A stretch of 64,000 nucleotides of DNA from positions 5,573 to 69,572 of the forward strand of contig CANKHA010000010.1 of the NCBI GenBank assembly GCA_947481685.1. Reading direction: 5' to 3'. Positions 56,756 to 64,000 of the stretch are shown in pieces. The position numbers and the translations under genes are program-made. Numbering within the stretch: the stretch's first letter is position 1; each line of letters begins with the position of its first letter. The notes under the pieces were generated by a model. It was not told the DNA's origin. It made no database searches and saw only the letters and a program-made list of their open reading frames with translations. Source of the DNA: Bradyrhizobiaceae bacterium (GTDB lineage Bacteria > Pseudomonadota > Alphaproteobacteria > Rhizobiales > Xanthobacteraceae).

Positions 56756-57634
56756 CTAATCGTCAGATACCGCCGCCTTGCGCCGATTTTTCATGCTTTC
56801 CTCTTCGACAAAAGCAAGATCCTGGTCGAATACAATCCGGCTTTCTCCCGCGAGGGCGATGAAGCGCTTGCCGCGCGCGCGGCCGATCAGTGTGAGATTA
56901 GCCTTGCGCGCCAGTTCCACCCCCCAAGCCGTAAAGCCTGAACGTGAAATGACGATGGGGATGCCCATGCGCACGGTCTTGATGACCATCTCCGAGGTCA
57001 ACCGACCGGTCGTGTAAAAAATCTTGTCGTGCGACGGCACCTTCTCCTTGAACATCCAGCCGGCGATTTTATCGATCGCATTGTGGCGACCGACGTCCTC
57101 CATATAAACCAACGGTTGATCTTCCTTCGCCAGCACGCACCCGTGAATGGCGCCGGCCTGAAGATACAGCGAAGGCGTCGTGTTAATTGTCTGTGCGAGC
57201 CGGTAAAGCCAGGATGTGCGCAACTCCGTATCAGGCAGTGACACATTCTCCAGCGCTTCCATTAAGTCGCCGAACACAGTCCCCTGGGCGCAGCCCGAGG
57301 TCTGCACTTTCTTCTTTAGTTTCTTTTCGTAATTGGTCTTGCGCTTGGTGCGCACCACCACGACTGACAGCTCTTCATCAAAGTCGACGCCCGTGACTAC
57401 ATCGTTCGGAAGCAGCATGTTCTGGTTGAGCAGGTAACCAACCGCAAGATACTCGGGATAATCGTTGATCGTCATTGCCGTGACGATCTCCTGCGAATTG
57501 AGGAAAATCGTCAACGCGCGTTCCACGGTGACCGATGTTTCAATCTTGGCGCCAGTCTGGTCGATGCCAGTAACGCGTTCGGTTAACCGTGGATCAAGCG
57601 GATCGGGCTGTATGATGTAAGGCGATTTCACCAT
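56756..57634 (-). CDS. fdhD: Formate dehydrogenase accessory sulfurtransferase FdhD
   Basis: 292 aa. EDVGRHNAIDK signature and overall FdhD/NarQ layout. The usual CxxC loop reads SGCAQG here (single Cys). Confidence 0.9.
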   Translation of the reverse strand: MVKSPYIIQPDPLDPRLTERVTGIDQTGAKIETSVTVERALTIFLNSQEIVTAMTINDYPEYLAVGYLLNQNMLLPNDVVTGVDFDEELSVVVVRTKRKTNYEKKLKKKVQTSGCAQGTVFGDLMEALENVSLPDTELRTSWLYRLAQTINTTPSLYLQAGAIHGCVLAKEDQPLVYMEDVGRHNAIDKIAGWMFKEKVPSHDKIFYTTGRLTSEMVIKTVRMGIPIVISRSGFTAWGVELARKANLTLIGRARGKRFIALAGESRIVFDQDLAFVEEESMKNRRKAAVSDD

Positions 57635-57658
57635 GGGCTCATATAGGGGTTGCGCCGG

Positions 57659-58492
57659 TCAGGCGCCACTGTCGTTGGCATTCGGATAGAACAGCGGCTC
57701 GCCGTTGATTTTATAGTCACCAATGACTTTTTGCCCTTCGACAGAAACCAGCCAATCGATAAATTGCTGGCCAAGGTCCTTTTTAACGTTCGGATGCTTG
57801 TCCGGGTTCACCAGCATCACGCCGTACTGGTTGAACATCCGCTTGTCGCCTTGCACTCCGATTTGGAGGTCATTCTTGTTCTTGAAATTGAGCCATGTGC
57901 CGCGATCGGAGAGCACATAAGCGCTGCTGGCTTGAGCCGTATTAAGCGCGGCGCCCATGCCCTGACCGATCGATTTGTACCAGGCGTTTTTTTCTTTCTC
58001 GATGTCGATTCCGGCCTGCTTCCAGAGCATCAGCTCTGCGATGTGCGTGCCGGACCGATCTCCGCGCGAAATGAATGGTGCACCTTTTGCCATGATGCTC
58101 TTGAGAGCGGCGGCAATGTCGCTTGTTCCGCCTATCTTTGCCGGGTCGCTCTTCGGTCCAATAAGAACAAAATCGTTATACATCACAGGGTAACGTTTCA
58201 GACTTTGTCCTTCGGACAGGAACTGCTCTTCGGCCGATTTGGCGTGCACAAAGACGACGTCGGCATCGCCGCGCCTTCCGGTGTCCAATGCCTGGCCGGT
58301 GCCCTGCGCAATCACTTTTACGGTGATGCCGGTCTTTTTTGTAAAGATCGGCAAGAGATATTCAAACAGTCCGGAATCTTGCGTGGACGTGGTTGAGGCG
58401 ACGACGATGGATTTGTCTTGCGCAATGCTGCGCTGAGGAGAAAACAAGGAAAGGCAGAGAGCTGTGGCAATCAAAATGCGACGGATGATCAT
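57659..58492 (-). CDS. tupA: Tungstate/molybdate-type ABC transporter periplasmic binding protein (TupA-like)
   Basis: ATG 58492 (GGAGCG upstream) gives a signal peptide MIIRRILIATALCLSLFSPQRSIAQ, then the oxyanion-binding signature VASTTSTQDSGL and SRGDRSGTH. Confidence 0.75.
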   Translation of the reverse strand: MIIRRILIATALCLSLFSPQRSIAQDKSIVVASTTSTQDSGLFEYLLPIFTKKTGITVKVIAQGTGQALDTGRRGDADVVFVHAKSAEEQFLSEGQSLKRYPVMYNDFVLIGPKSDPAKIGGTSDIAAALKSIMAKGAPFISRGDRSGTHIAELMLWKQAGIDIEKEKNAWYKSIGQGMGAALNTAQASSAYVLSDRGTWLNFKNKNDLQIGVQGDKRMFNQYGVMLVNPDKHPNVKKDLGQQFIDWLVSVEGQKVIGDYKINGEPLFYPNANDSGA

Positions 58493-58524
58493 GGTTCGCT
58501 CCATACGTAGATAAGTCGACGATA

Positions 58525-59259
58525 TCAAACCAGCAAGTCACCTTCAATGAAGCTGCGTGCTTCGGGGCTGCGCGGGCTTTCAAAAAATTCGCTTGTCGCA
58601 CCGGTCTCGATAATACGTCCGCGATGCAGGAAGATGATGTCGTTAGCCAATCTGCGGGCCTGGCCCAGGTCGTGCGTTGAGAGCACTGCTTTGACGCCTC
58701 GTGCCGTAATGGTTCGCACGATGTCTTCGATCGCCTTGGTGGCGGCGGGATCGAGGCTGGCTGTTGGTTCGTCCAGAAAGATAACCGATGGGTCCCGGGC
58801 CAGCGCGCGCGCGATCGCAAGCCTTTGTTGTTCACCGCCGGACAGCCGTCGCGCTGAACGCTTTTGTAATCCGTCAAGTCCGACCAGCTTGAACAATTCC
58901 GCGACGCGTCCGTCATGTTCGATGCGAGGCACACCAGCGGCGCTGAGCGTGAACCGTACATTACTCTCTGCGCTGCGGCGAAGCATGACCGGGCGCTGAA
59001 AGACGAAGGCAAGTTTGTGGGGCGAAACACCATCTCGTCCACCCCAGGTTACGCGCCCCTCTGTCGGTGCAACCAATCCCATGGCAGCGCGCAGGAAAGT
59101 GGTTTTTCCGGATCCATTAGGCCCGATAACAAAGGTTGGTTCACCCGGGCTGATTGTCAGCGAAAGCCGATCGAGGATCGTCACGCTTCCTTCCGTGACG
59201 GTCACATTCTCGAATGCGATAGGTAAATCGGACGGGGGCGGGCGCATGTTCTCCGTCAT
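58525..59259 (-). CDS. tupC: ABC transporter ATP-binding protein (TupC-like)
   Basis: Walker A GPNGSGKTT, signature LSGGEQQR, Walker B IFLDEPT. ATG 59259 overlaps the permease stop (ATGA). Confidence 0.8.
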   Translation of the reverse strand: MTENMRPPPSDLPIAFENVTVTEGSVTILDRLSLTISPGEPTFVIGPNGSGKTTFLRAAMGLVAPTEGRVTWGGRDGVSPHKLAFVFQRPVMLRRSAESNVRFTLSAAGVPRIEHDGRVAELFKLVGLDGLQKRSARRLSGGEQQRLAIARALARDPSVIFLDEPTASLDPAATKAIEDIVRTITARGVKAVLSTHDLGQARRLANDIIFLHRGRIIETGATSEFFESPRSPEARSFIEGDLLV

Positions 59260-59948
59260 CCTGCGTAGCGCTCGCCTGTGCGGCGGGCCCACCAAGCGAG
59301 TGCGTTGATAGCAATGATGATCGCAATAAGGACAATGCCCAGCCCAACAGCAAGCGGCAGGTTGCCCTTGGACGTTTCAAGCGCGATTGCAGTCGTCATG
59401 GTTCGGGTAAAGCCATCGATGTTGCCTCCGACGATAATGATGGCGCCGACTTCCGCTGCCGAACGGCCGAAACCGGCGAGCAGTGCCGTGACAAGACTAA
59501 AGCGACCATCCCAAATCAACGTGCCAATACGCTGGACAGGTCCGACATTCATCGCCGCGAATTCGTCTCGATATTCCTCCCACAGGTCTTCGATGGTCTG
59601 GCGCGCCAAGGCTGCGACGATCGGCGTTACGAGAATTGCCTGAGCGACAATCATGGCCTGTGGCGTGAACAGCATGCCGAGGGAACCGAGCGGGCCGGAG
59701 CGAGAAAGCAACAGAAAAACCGCAAGGCCAACGACCACGGGCGGCAGGCCCATCAGCGCATTCAGTGCCACGATCGCCATACCGCGGCCGGGAAAGCGGG
59801 TGAGAGCTATCAGCGCTCCGAGGGGAATTCCGATCACCGCTGCTATTAGAACGGCGGACAAGCTTACCATCAGCGACAATAATACAATCGCGACCAGTGT
59901 CGGGTCGACAGCGAGCACCAGTTGCAGAGCCGAGGCATCCGTATTCAC
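59256..59948 (-). CDS. tupB: ABC transporter permease (TupB-like)
   Basis: 230 aa with about 5-6 TM segments. GFGRSAAEVGAIIIVGGNIDGFTRTMTTAIALETSKG matches the TupB-type permease loop as I recall it. GTG start with AGGA 7 nt upstream. Confidence 0.8.
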   Translation of the reverse strand: MNTDASALQLVLAVDPTLVAIVLLSLMVSLSAVLIAAVIGIPLGALIALTRFPGRGMAIVALNALMGLPPVVVGLAVFLLLSRSGPLGSLGMLFTPQAMIVAQAILVTPIVAALARQTIEDLWEEYRDEFAAMNVGPVQRIGTLIWDGRFSLVTALLAGFGRSAAEVGAIIIVGGNIDGFTRTMTTAIALETSKGNLPLAVGLGIVLIAIIIAINALAWWARRTGERYAG

Positions 59949-60028
59949 GACAGCATCCTGCTTTGTCCAGCCGTTCGGCTGAGCCTTGCGCGTTTATGGC
60001 AGTGGACTCGACCGGGTCGCTCTGGTGC

Positions 60029-60045
60029 CATAGCCTTTGGCTATG
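60029..60045. promoter_or_regulatory. 7-3-7 inverted repeat in the tupB / WD40-cytochrome divergent intergenic region
   Basis: CATAGCC-TTT-GGCTATG is a perfect inverted repeat. It could be an operator, or a hairpin (AGCC-AAAGG-CU context) in the roughly 200-nt tupB leader. Confidence 0.3.
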
Positions 60046-60257
60046 ACGGTCTTTAAACTTTCACGAGATAGCGGCGGTCCCATTTGTCTGGTCTCTACAC
60101 GAGAATTTTTCAAAACAAGCTTGTAGTGCATCGGAGTTCTTAACAGACGATGGAAAACAATCAAACAGTGTGTAGGTCCGCTGATGTTACCTTGGTAGCC
60201 GCTGGAAGCAAACAGACATCGCGATGTGTTTGCACGCGCGCTCGACCCAGCAATTCC

Positions 60258-61544
60258 ATGATCATGCTCCGTCTTCTTTCCTGCACCCTTGCACTACTGA
60301 TTGCGCCAGTGTCCAGCGTCCACGCGCAGTTGCGCCGACATGGCGGTCCGGTGCGCGCGCTGGCGATATCGGACGACGGCATGACTGCGATCTCCGGCAG
60401 CTTTGACAGTTCCGCCATTCGATGGTCGCTCACGCAAAACACTGCGGAGCAGGTGTTGCGTTTTCACGCCGACGCCGTGAATGCAGTGGCCTTTCTTAAA
60501 GATGGCCGCGTTGCAACCGGCGGAGCCGATGGGCGCATCGCGCTTTGGGCAGCGGGCAAGCAGCAACCGGATACGGCGCTTGAAGGTCATAACGCGCCGA
60601 TCGCTGCTGTTGCGGTATCACCAGACGGCAAAACACTGGCGTCGGCATCCTGGGACCGGACCGTTCGGCTTTGGCCACTCGCCGGGGGCGCACCCCGCGT
60701 GCTCGAAGGACATACACAGAATGTGAATGGCGTTGCCTTCTCACCCGATGGTCGCGCCGTGATCAGTGTTGGATACGATCTCACGGTTCGGATCTGGCCC
60801 CGCGAGGGAACGACATCACCGATTGTGGTGACATTGCCCACGCCTCTCAACGCGGTGAGTGTTGCACCTGATGGCGAGATCGCAGTCGGCGGTGCCGATG
60901 GCAATGTCTATTTCCTGACGCGCACGGGAGAGATTCTGGGTGAGGTGCAGGCTGGACCGACGCCTGTGATCGCGATGGCGGTTTCCGGTAACGGCGTGCT
61001 ACTCGCTGCTGCTGGCATTCGTGGATCGGTGACGCTGATTGAGCGCAAGGAGCGGAAAATCATCCGAACCTTGGTGGGACCGGGGCTGCCGATCTGGTCG
61101 GTGGCATTTCTGCCGGATGATCGCACGCTGCTCACGGGCGGAGCAGACCGGATGATCCGCCGCTGGGATACTGTCACCGGCGATCCGATCGGATCGGTTG
61201 TGACAGGAGCGCCGGAGGATCCTTTGGCTGTCTATGCGGGCGATTACGGTGCCGAAGTGTTCCGCGCTTGCGTGGCGTGCCATTCGCTACTGCCGGATGA
61301 TGGCCCCCGCGCCGGGCCTTCGTTGGCGGGGGTTTTCGGTCGCAGGATCGCGACCTTGCCCGGCTACAATTTCTCTGATGCGCTGAAAAAGATGGACATC
61401 GTGTGGACGCCCGAAACCGTGGCGCGCCTGTTCGAGGTTGGTCCGACAATATATACGCCTGGGACCAAAATGCCGGAGCAGCAGATCGGCTCGGTGGAAG
61501 ATCGCAAGGCGCTTACGGATTTTCTTGCCAAAGCGACGAGATAA
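60258..61544 (+). CDS. Periplasmic WD40 beta-propeller protein fused to a C-terminal class I c-type cytochrome domain
   Basis: ATG 60258 gives the signal peptide MIMLRLLSCTLALLIAPVSSVHAQ, followed by repeated WD-like units (GGPVRALAISDDG..., GHNAPIAAVAVSPDGKTLASASWDRTVRLW, GHTQNVNGVAFSPDGRAVISVGYDLTVRIW). The C-terminus has CVACH ... GPSLAGVFGR ... PGTKMP, a mitochondrial-type cytochrome c pattern. Confidence 0.85.
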   Translation: MIMLRLLSCTLALLIAPVSSVHAQLRRHGGPVRALAISDDGMTAISGSFDSSAIRWSLTQNTAEQVLRFHADAVNAVAFLKDGRVATGGADGRIALWAAGKQQPDTALEGHNAPIAAVAVSPDGKTLASASWDRTVRLWPLAGGAPRVLEGHTQNVNGVAFSPDGRAVISVGYDLTVRIWPREGTTSPIVVTLPTPLNAVSVAPDGEIAVGGADGNVYFLTRTGEILGEVQAGPTPVIAMAVSGNGVLLAAAGIRGSVTLIERKERKIIRTLVGPGLPIWSVAFLPDDRTLLTGGADRMIRRWDTVTGDPIGSVVTGAPEDPLAVYAGDYGAEVFRACVACHSLLPDDGPRAGPSLAGVFGRRIATLPGYNFSDALKKMDIVWTPETVARLFEVGPTIYTPGTKMPEQQIGSVEDRKALTDFLAKATR

Positions 61545-61552
61545 ATGAAAAC

Positions 61553-63529
61553 TTAGGTTTCGCTCGGTTTATCGCGTTCGCGCAGATAATCCTCTGACGT
61601 GCGTGGCGCCGGACGCGCCGGCACACCGGCGAACGGGTCAAAATTCTCTTCGCTCATGGTAATCACGCGGCAGTCGGCGCACATCTTCACAACGTCGAGC
61701 CGCTTTGCCGAGTCCTTGAACATCCAGTGCTGTCCTTCGAGTTTCGCGACGACCCGATCGACACTGCTTTTCACTCCGAATGCACCACCGCAGCGCACGC
61801 AAAGAGCGGGTTCCTCTTCCTTGATGACACGCAGGCGCGCAGTGGCAGCGCGGAAATCAAGCTGCGGTGTCAGGCTGATGACCTTTTCAGGACAGGTCGC
61901 CTGGCATAACCCACACTGCACGCAGATAGCCTCTGCGAAGCGCAGTACCGGCCGGTCGGGATCGTCCGACAAGGCGCCAGTGGTGCAGGCGGATACACAC
62001 GACAAACATAATGTGCATCCTTCAACGTTGACGTTGACGGTGCCGAACGGCGCTCCCTCCGGGAGCGCAACGATATCAACCGGGGCCGGCGCGACACGAT
62101 GCAACTCACGCAGCGATAGCTGCATCACCTCAGTTTTGCTTCCGACCGGCATGAAGCTCGCTCGAGAGAGTGCGACCTCTGCGGGTGCGATGGTGCGCAA
62201 AGCTTCTCCGAGTGCGTCGGGATCATCGCTTTCGATCGTTGCGGTGCGCCCTGCGCCGAAGCCGAGGTCGGTAAGAATTGGTTCGGCAAGCGCAATGGTT
62301 TTATAGAGACCTGCCAAATCATGGCGCGGCTTGGCCCGCAGCAGGAACCGTACGCCCGCAGCGCCGTAGCTGAAGGCGGCGGCTATGAACTCGATCCCGA
62401 CTTGCGTGATCTCGTTGACCGCAAGTGGAATGACATTGTCGGGGAGACCGTCTCCATGACGCGAGAGCGCGTCGATCATGGCGGTACCATGCTCCTCGTC
62501 GTGAAGCAGGATGATGGCCCGCTCGCCCCCCGCAAGATGGTAGGCCTTCAGCATTGTACGGATCTTGCGCAGCAGGGCGTCCGCCGGCGGCAGCGCATAG
62601 GAGGCCGCTCCGGTCGGGCATGCGGCGGCACATTGACCGCAGCCGGCGCAAATTTCCGCGTTGATCGCCACGTGATTGCCGGCGGGCGTTATCGCCCCTG
62701 TCGGGCAAAGGTCGAGGCAGCGGCGGCAGCCGATAATCTTCGAGCGTGAATGTGCACATAGGTCCGCGTTGAAGGTCACATAGCGGGGCTTGTCGAAATT
62801 GCCGACAAGATCTCTTGCCTTCAAAGCTATACGCAAGACGGCAGCGGGATCGCGGGGATCGGCTCGGAGATAGCCATCGCGCAGGTCGTGAGCCGGGAAC
62901 AAGGGTGCACTACCGGAGACGTCGATCAAAAGATCGCATCGCGAAATCGCGCCGTCGCGTGGCGTTGCAAAGATCATGGAGCCACGGGAGGACGGTAGTG
63001 GCGCGGCATAATTATCGACCGTCAGTTCAAACGCGCCGATGTGACCTTTGGCGATGCTGATCGTGCCCTTGACGATGGGAAATTCATTCAGGCGCGGCGG
63101 TTCGAGTTCGCCCGGATTGCTGATAAGCACGGTCACGTCGAGGTGCTCGGCCAGCAGCCTGCCGACTTCAATCGCGCGCTCGTCGCGGCCGTAGATAAGT
63201 GCCACGCCCTCGCTTGCGAGGCTGACCATCGGGATATCCGGCACCTGTTCGGCCGCGGCAGCAAAAAGGGCGGCCATCTTCGGGCCCGCCCGCCCCCCGT
63301 CTTTCGACCAGCCGGCGGCTTCGCGCACATTCACGAAAGTGACATTGCCGCCCGTTTCCGCGGCTACTTCCGAGAACAAAGGGGATTCTTGCGTGCATCC
63401 GACGGTGAGGGGCACCCCCTCCTTGCTGACAGCGCGAAAACGCTCGATCTCGGCGCGGCAGAGGTGGTCAGCGGTCGATACCTCGGCTCCGGGACAACCG
63501 CGCCGGATCGCATCCGCGTCGAGCAGCAT
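61553..63529 (-). CDS. Large multi-cluster 4Fe-4S ferredoxin-domain protein (polyferredoxin-like)
   Basis: 658 aa. Motifs CRRCLDLCPTGAI, CAGCGQCAAACPTGA, CTLCLSCVSACTTGAL and CVQCGLCQATCPEKV, plus C-terminal CVRCG...CADC. Confidence 0.8.
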   Translation of the reverse strand: MLLDADAIRRGCPGAEVSTADHLCRAEIERFRAVSKEGVPLTVGCTQESPLFSEVAAETGGNVTFVNVREAAGWSKDGGRAGPKMAALFAAAAEQVPDIPMVSLASEGVALIYGRDERAIEVGRLLAEHLDVTVLISNPGELEPPRLNEFPIVKGTISIAKGHIGAFELTVDNYAAPLPSSRGSMIFATPRDGAISRCDLLIDVSGSAPLFPAHDLRDGYLRADPRDPAAVLRIALKARDLVGNFDKPRYVTFNADLCAHSRSKIIGCRRCLDLCPTGAITPAGNHVAINAEICAGCGQCAAACPTGAASYALPPADALLRKIRTMLKAYHLAGGERAIILLHDEEHGTAMIDALSRHGDGLPDNVIPLAVNEITQVGIEFIAAAFSYGAAGVRFLLRAKPRHDLAGLYKTIALAEPILTDLGFGAGRTATIESDDPDALGEALRTIAPAEVALSRASFMPVGSKTEVMQLSLRELHRVAPAPVDIVALPEGAPFGTVNVNVEGCTLCLSCVSACTTGALSDDPDRPVLRFAEAICVQCGLCQATCPEKVISLTPQLDFRAATARLRVIKEEEPALCVRCGGAFGVKSSVDRVVAKLEGQHWMFKDSAKRLDVVKMCADCRVITMSEENFDPFAGVPARPAPRTSEDYLRERDKPSET

Positions 63530-63662
63530 TGTGCGCTCGCACGAACAGACCAGAACTTTCTGTGGCCGCTACGTCATGATTTCCGTCGCTATCTTGATTG
63601 GACCGGGAAGTACCGGGCCGCGGCGGATTTCGCCGATTTCATTTTCAGCCACCCCGTGTCTA

Positions 63663-63686
63663 TGGTTATAGGCTATATTGTAACCA
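63663..63686. promoter_or_regulatory. Imperfect AT-rich inverted repeat, possible ModE-type (Mo-box-like) operator
   Basis: TGGTTATA-GGCTATAT-TGTAACCA with 7 of 8 arm positions complementary. It sits in the 200-bp divergent intergenic region and loosely resembles the GTTATAT...ACATAAC layout of the E. coli modA operator as I recall it. Confidence 0.25.
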
Positions 63687-63729
63687 CTACAAAGTGGCCG
63701 GAGACGATCCTTTGACCCCGACCAAACGG

Positions 63730-64000
63730 ATGCGCGAGCCATTTGCGCCCGTGCTCAATTTGCCGCCGCCGTTCACCCTGGTGACGGCGCGCGAAGTCGA
63801 CGACGCGTTCCGGCGCGCGATCAGTCTTGCGCCGGAAGAGGGCGCCGGAACGATGGTCTTTGTCGGCCGCTTCGATTTGGCCGAATTCGCCGTTGTGCTG
63901 GAACCCGACGAGCCGCTTCGCACCGCGCGTCGGGCTTTTTATGCCGGCATGACGGCGCTGACGGACGCGCTGCTTGCTTATGCTCCCCCGGAAAAGATGG
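63730..64000 (+). CDS. Conserved hypothetical protein, 5' part only (runs off the window end)
   Basis: Open frame from ATG 63730 to the window end: MREPFAPVLNLPPPFTLVTAREVDDAFRRAISLAPEEGAGTMVFVGRFDLAEFAVVLEPDEPLRTARRAFYAGMTALTDALLAYAPPEKM. Codon usage is gene-like. It may be a biotin/lipoate-ligase-like family member, but I cannot verify that. Confidence 0.45.
   Translation, partial: MREPFAPVLNLPPPFTLVTAREVDDAFRRAISLAPEEGAGTMVFVGRFDLAEFAVVLEPDEPLRTARRAFYAGMTALTDALLAYAPPEKM

Noticed and set aside
1-64000. Search for mobile elements, integrases, tRNA/rRNA genes, toxin-antitoxin, restriction-modification, CRISPR-Cas or other defence systems
   Set aside because: I found none on either strand. 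Every ORF longer than about 200 aa with coding character is assignable to metabolic, transport, regulatory or cofactor families. The only decay signature is the CapA/RTX scar.

Overview
GC-rich (roughly 60%), densely coding proteobacterial chromosomal segment. I found no rRNA, tRNA, CRISPR array, transposase, integrase, prophage or recognisable defence genes. There are four blocks. (i) 1-23.6 kb is an organic-acid block: four LysR regulators across blocks i-ii, five MmgE/PrpD paralogs, a PrpF-like isomerase, a TcuA-like flavoprotein, an OCD/mu-crystallin protein, a LeuCD-like dehydratase and a LigI-like amidohydrolase, interleaved with five Bug/TctC solute-binding proteins. (ii) 24.6-26.3 kb is a decay scar where a 5' CapA-family fragment abuts a frameshifted 3' RTX fragment. 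(iii) 26.5-45.8 kb is an aromatic-carboxylate block: three paralogous bicupins, an SDR, a NahE-like hydratase-aldolase, Rieske oxygenase alpha/beta, MarR, an extradiol dioxygenase, a NahD-like isomerase, two UbiD decarboxylases, a leaderless NMT1/SsuA-fold protein and five more Bug proteins. (iv) 45.9-64 kb is a Mo/W-cofactor and formate block: a ferric-reductase-TM::Rieske fusion, TusA, three tandem MoeA paralogs, a two-subunit NAD-type formate dehydrogenase (NuoE-NuoF fusion plus Cys-type alpha), FdhD, TupBCA-like transporter, a WD40::cytochrome c fusion and a 658-aa polyferredoxin. I cannot point to a clear-cut new system such as a defence island. The best candidates for undescribed biology are the UbiD / leaderless SBP-fold / bicupin module embedded in nah-type genes, the repeated Bug + MmgE/PrpD cassettes with no TctA/TctB, and the TusA + triple-MoeA + Tup + FDH cofactor-insertion cluster with its AT-rich palindromic operators. 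All functional calls come from reading the translations and from remembered family signatures. No searches were run.
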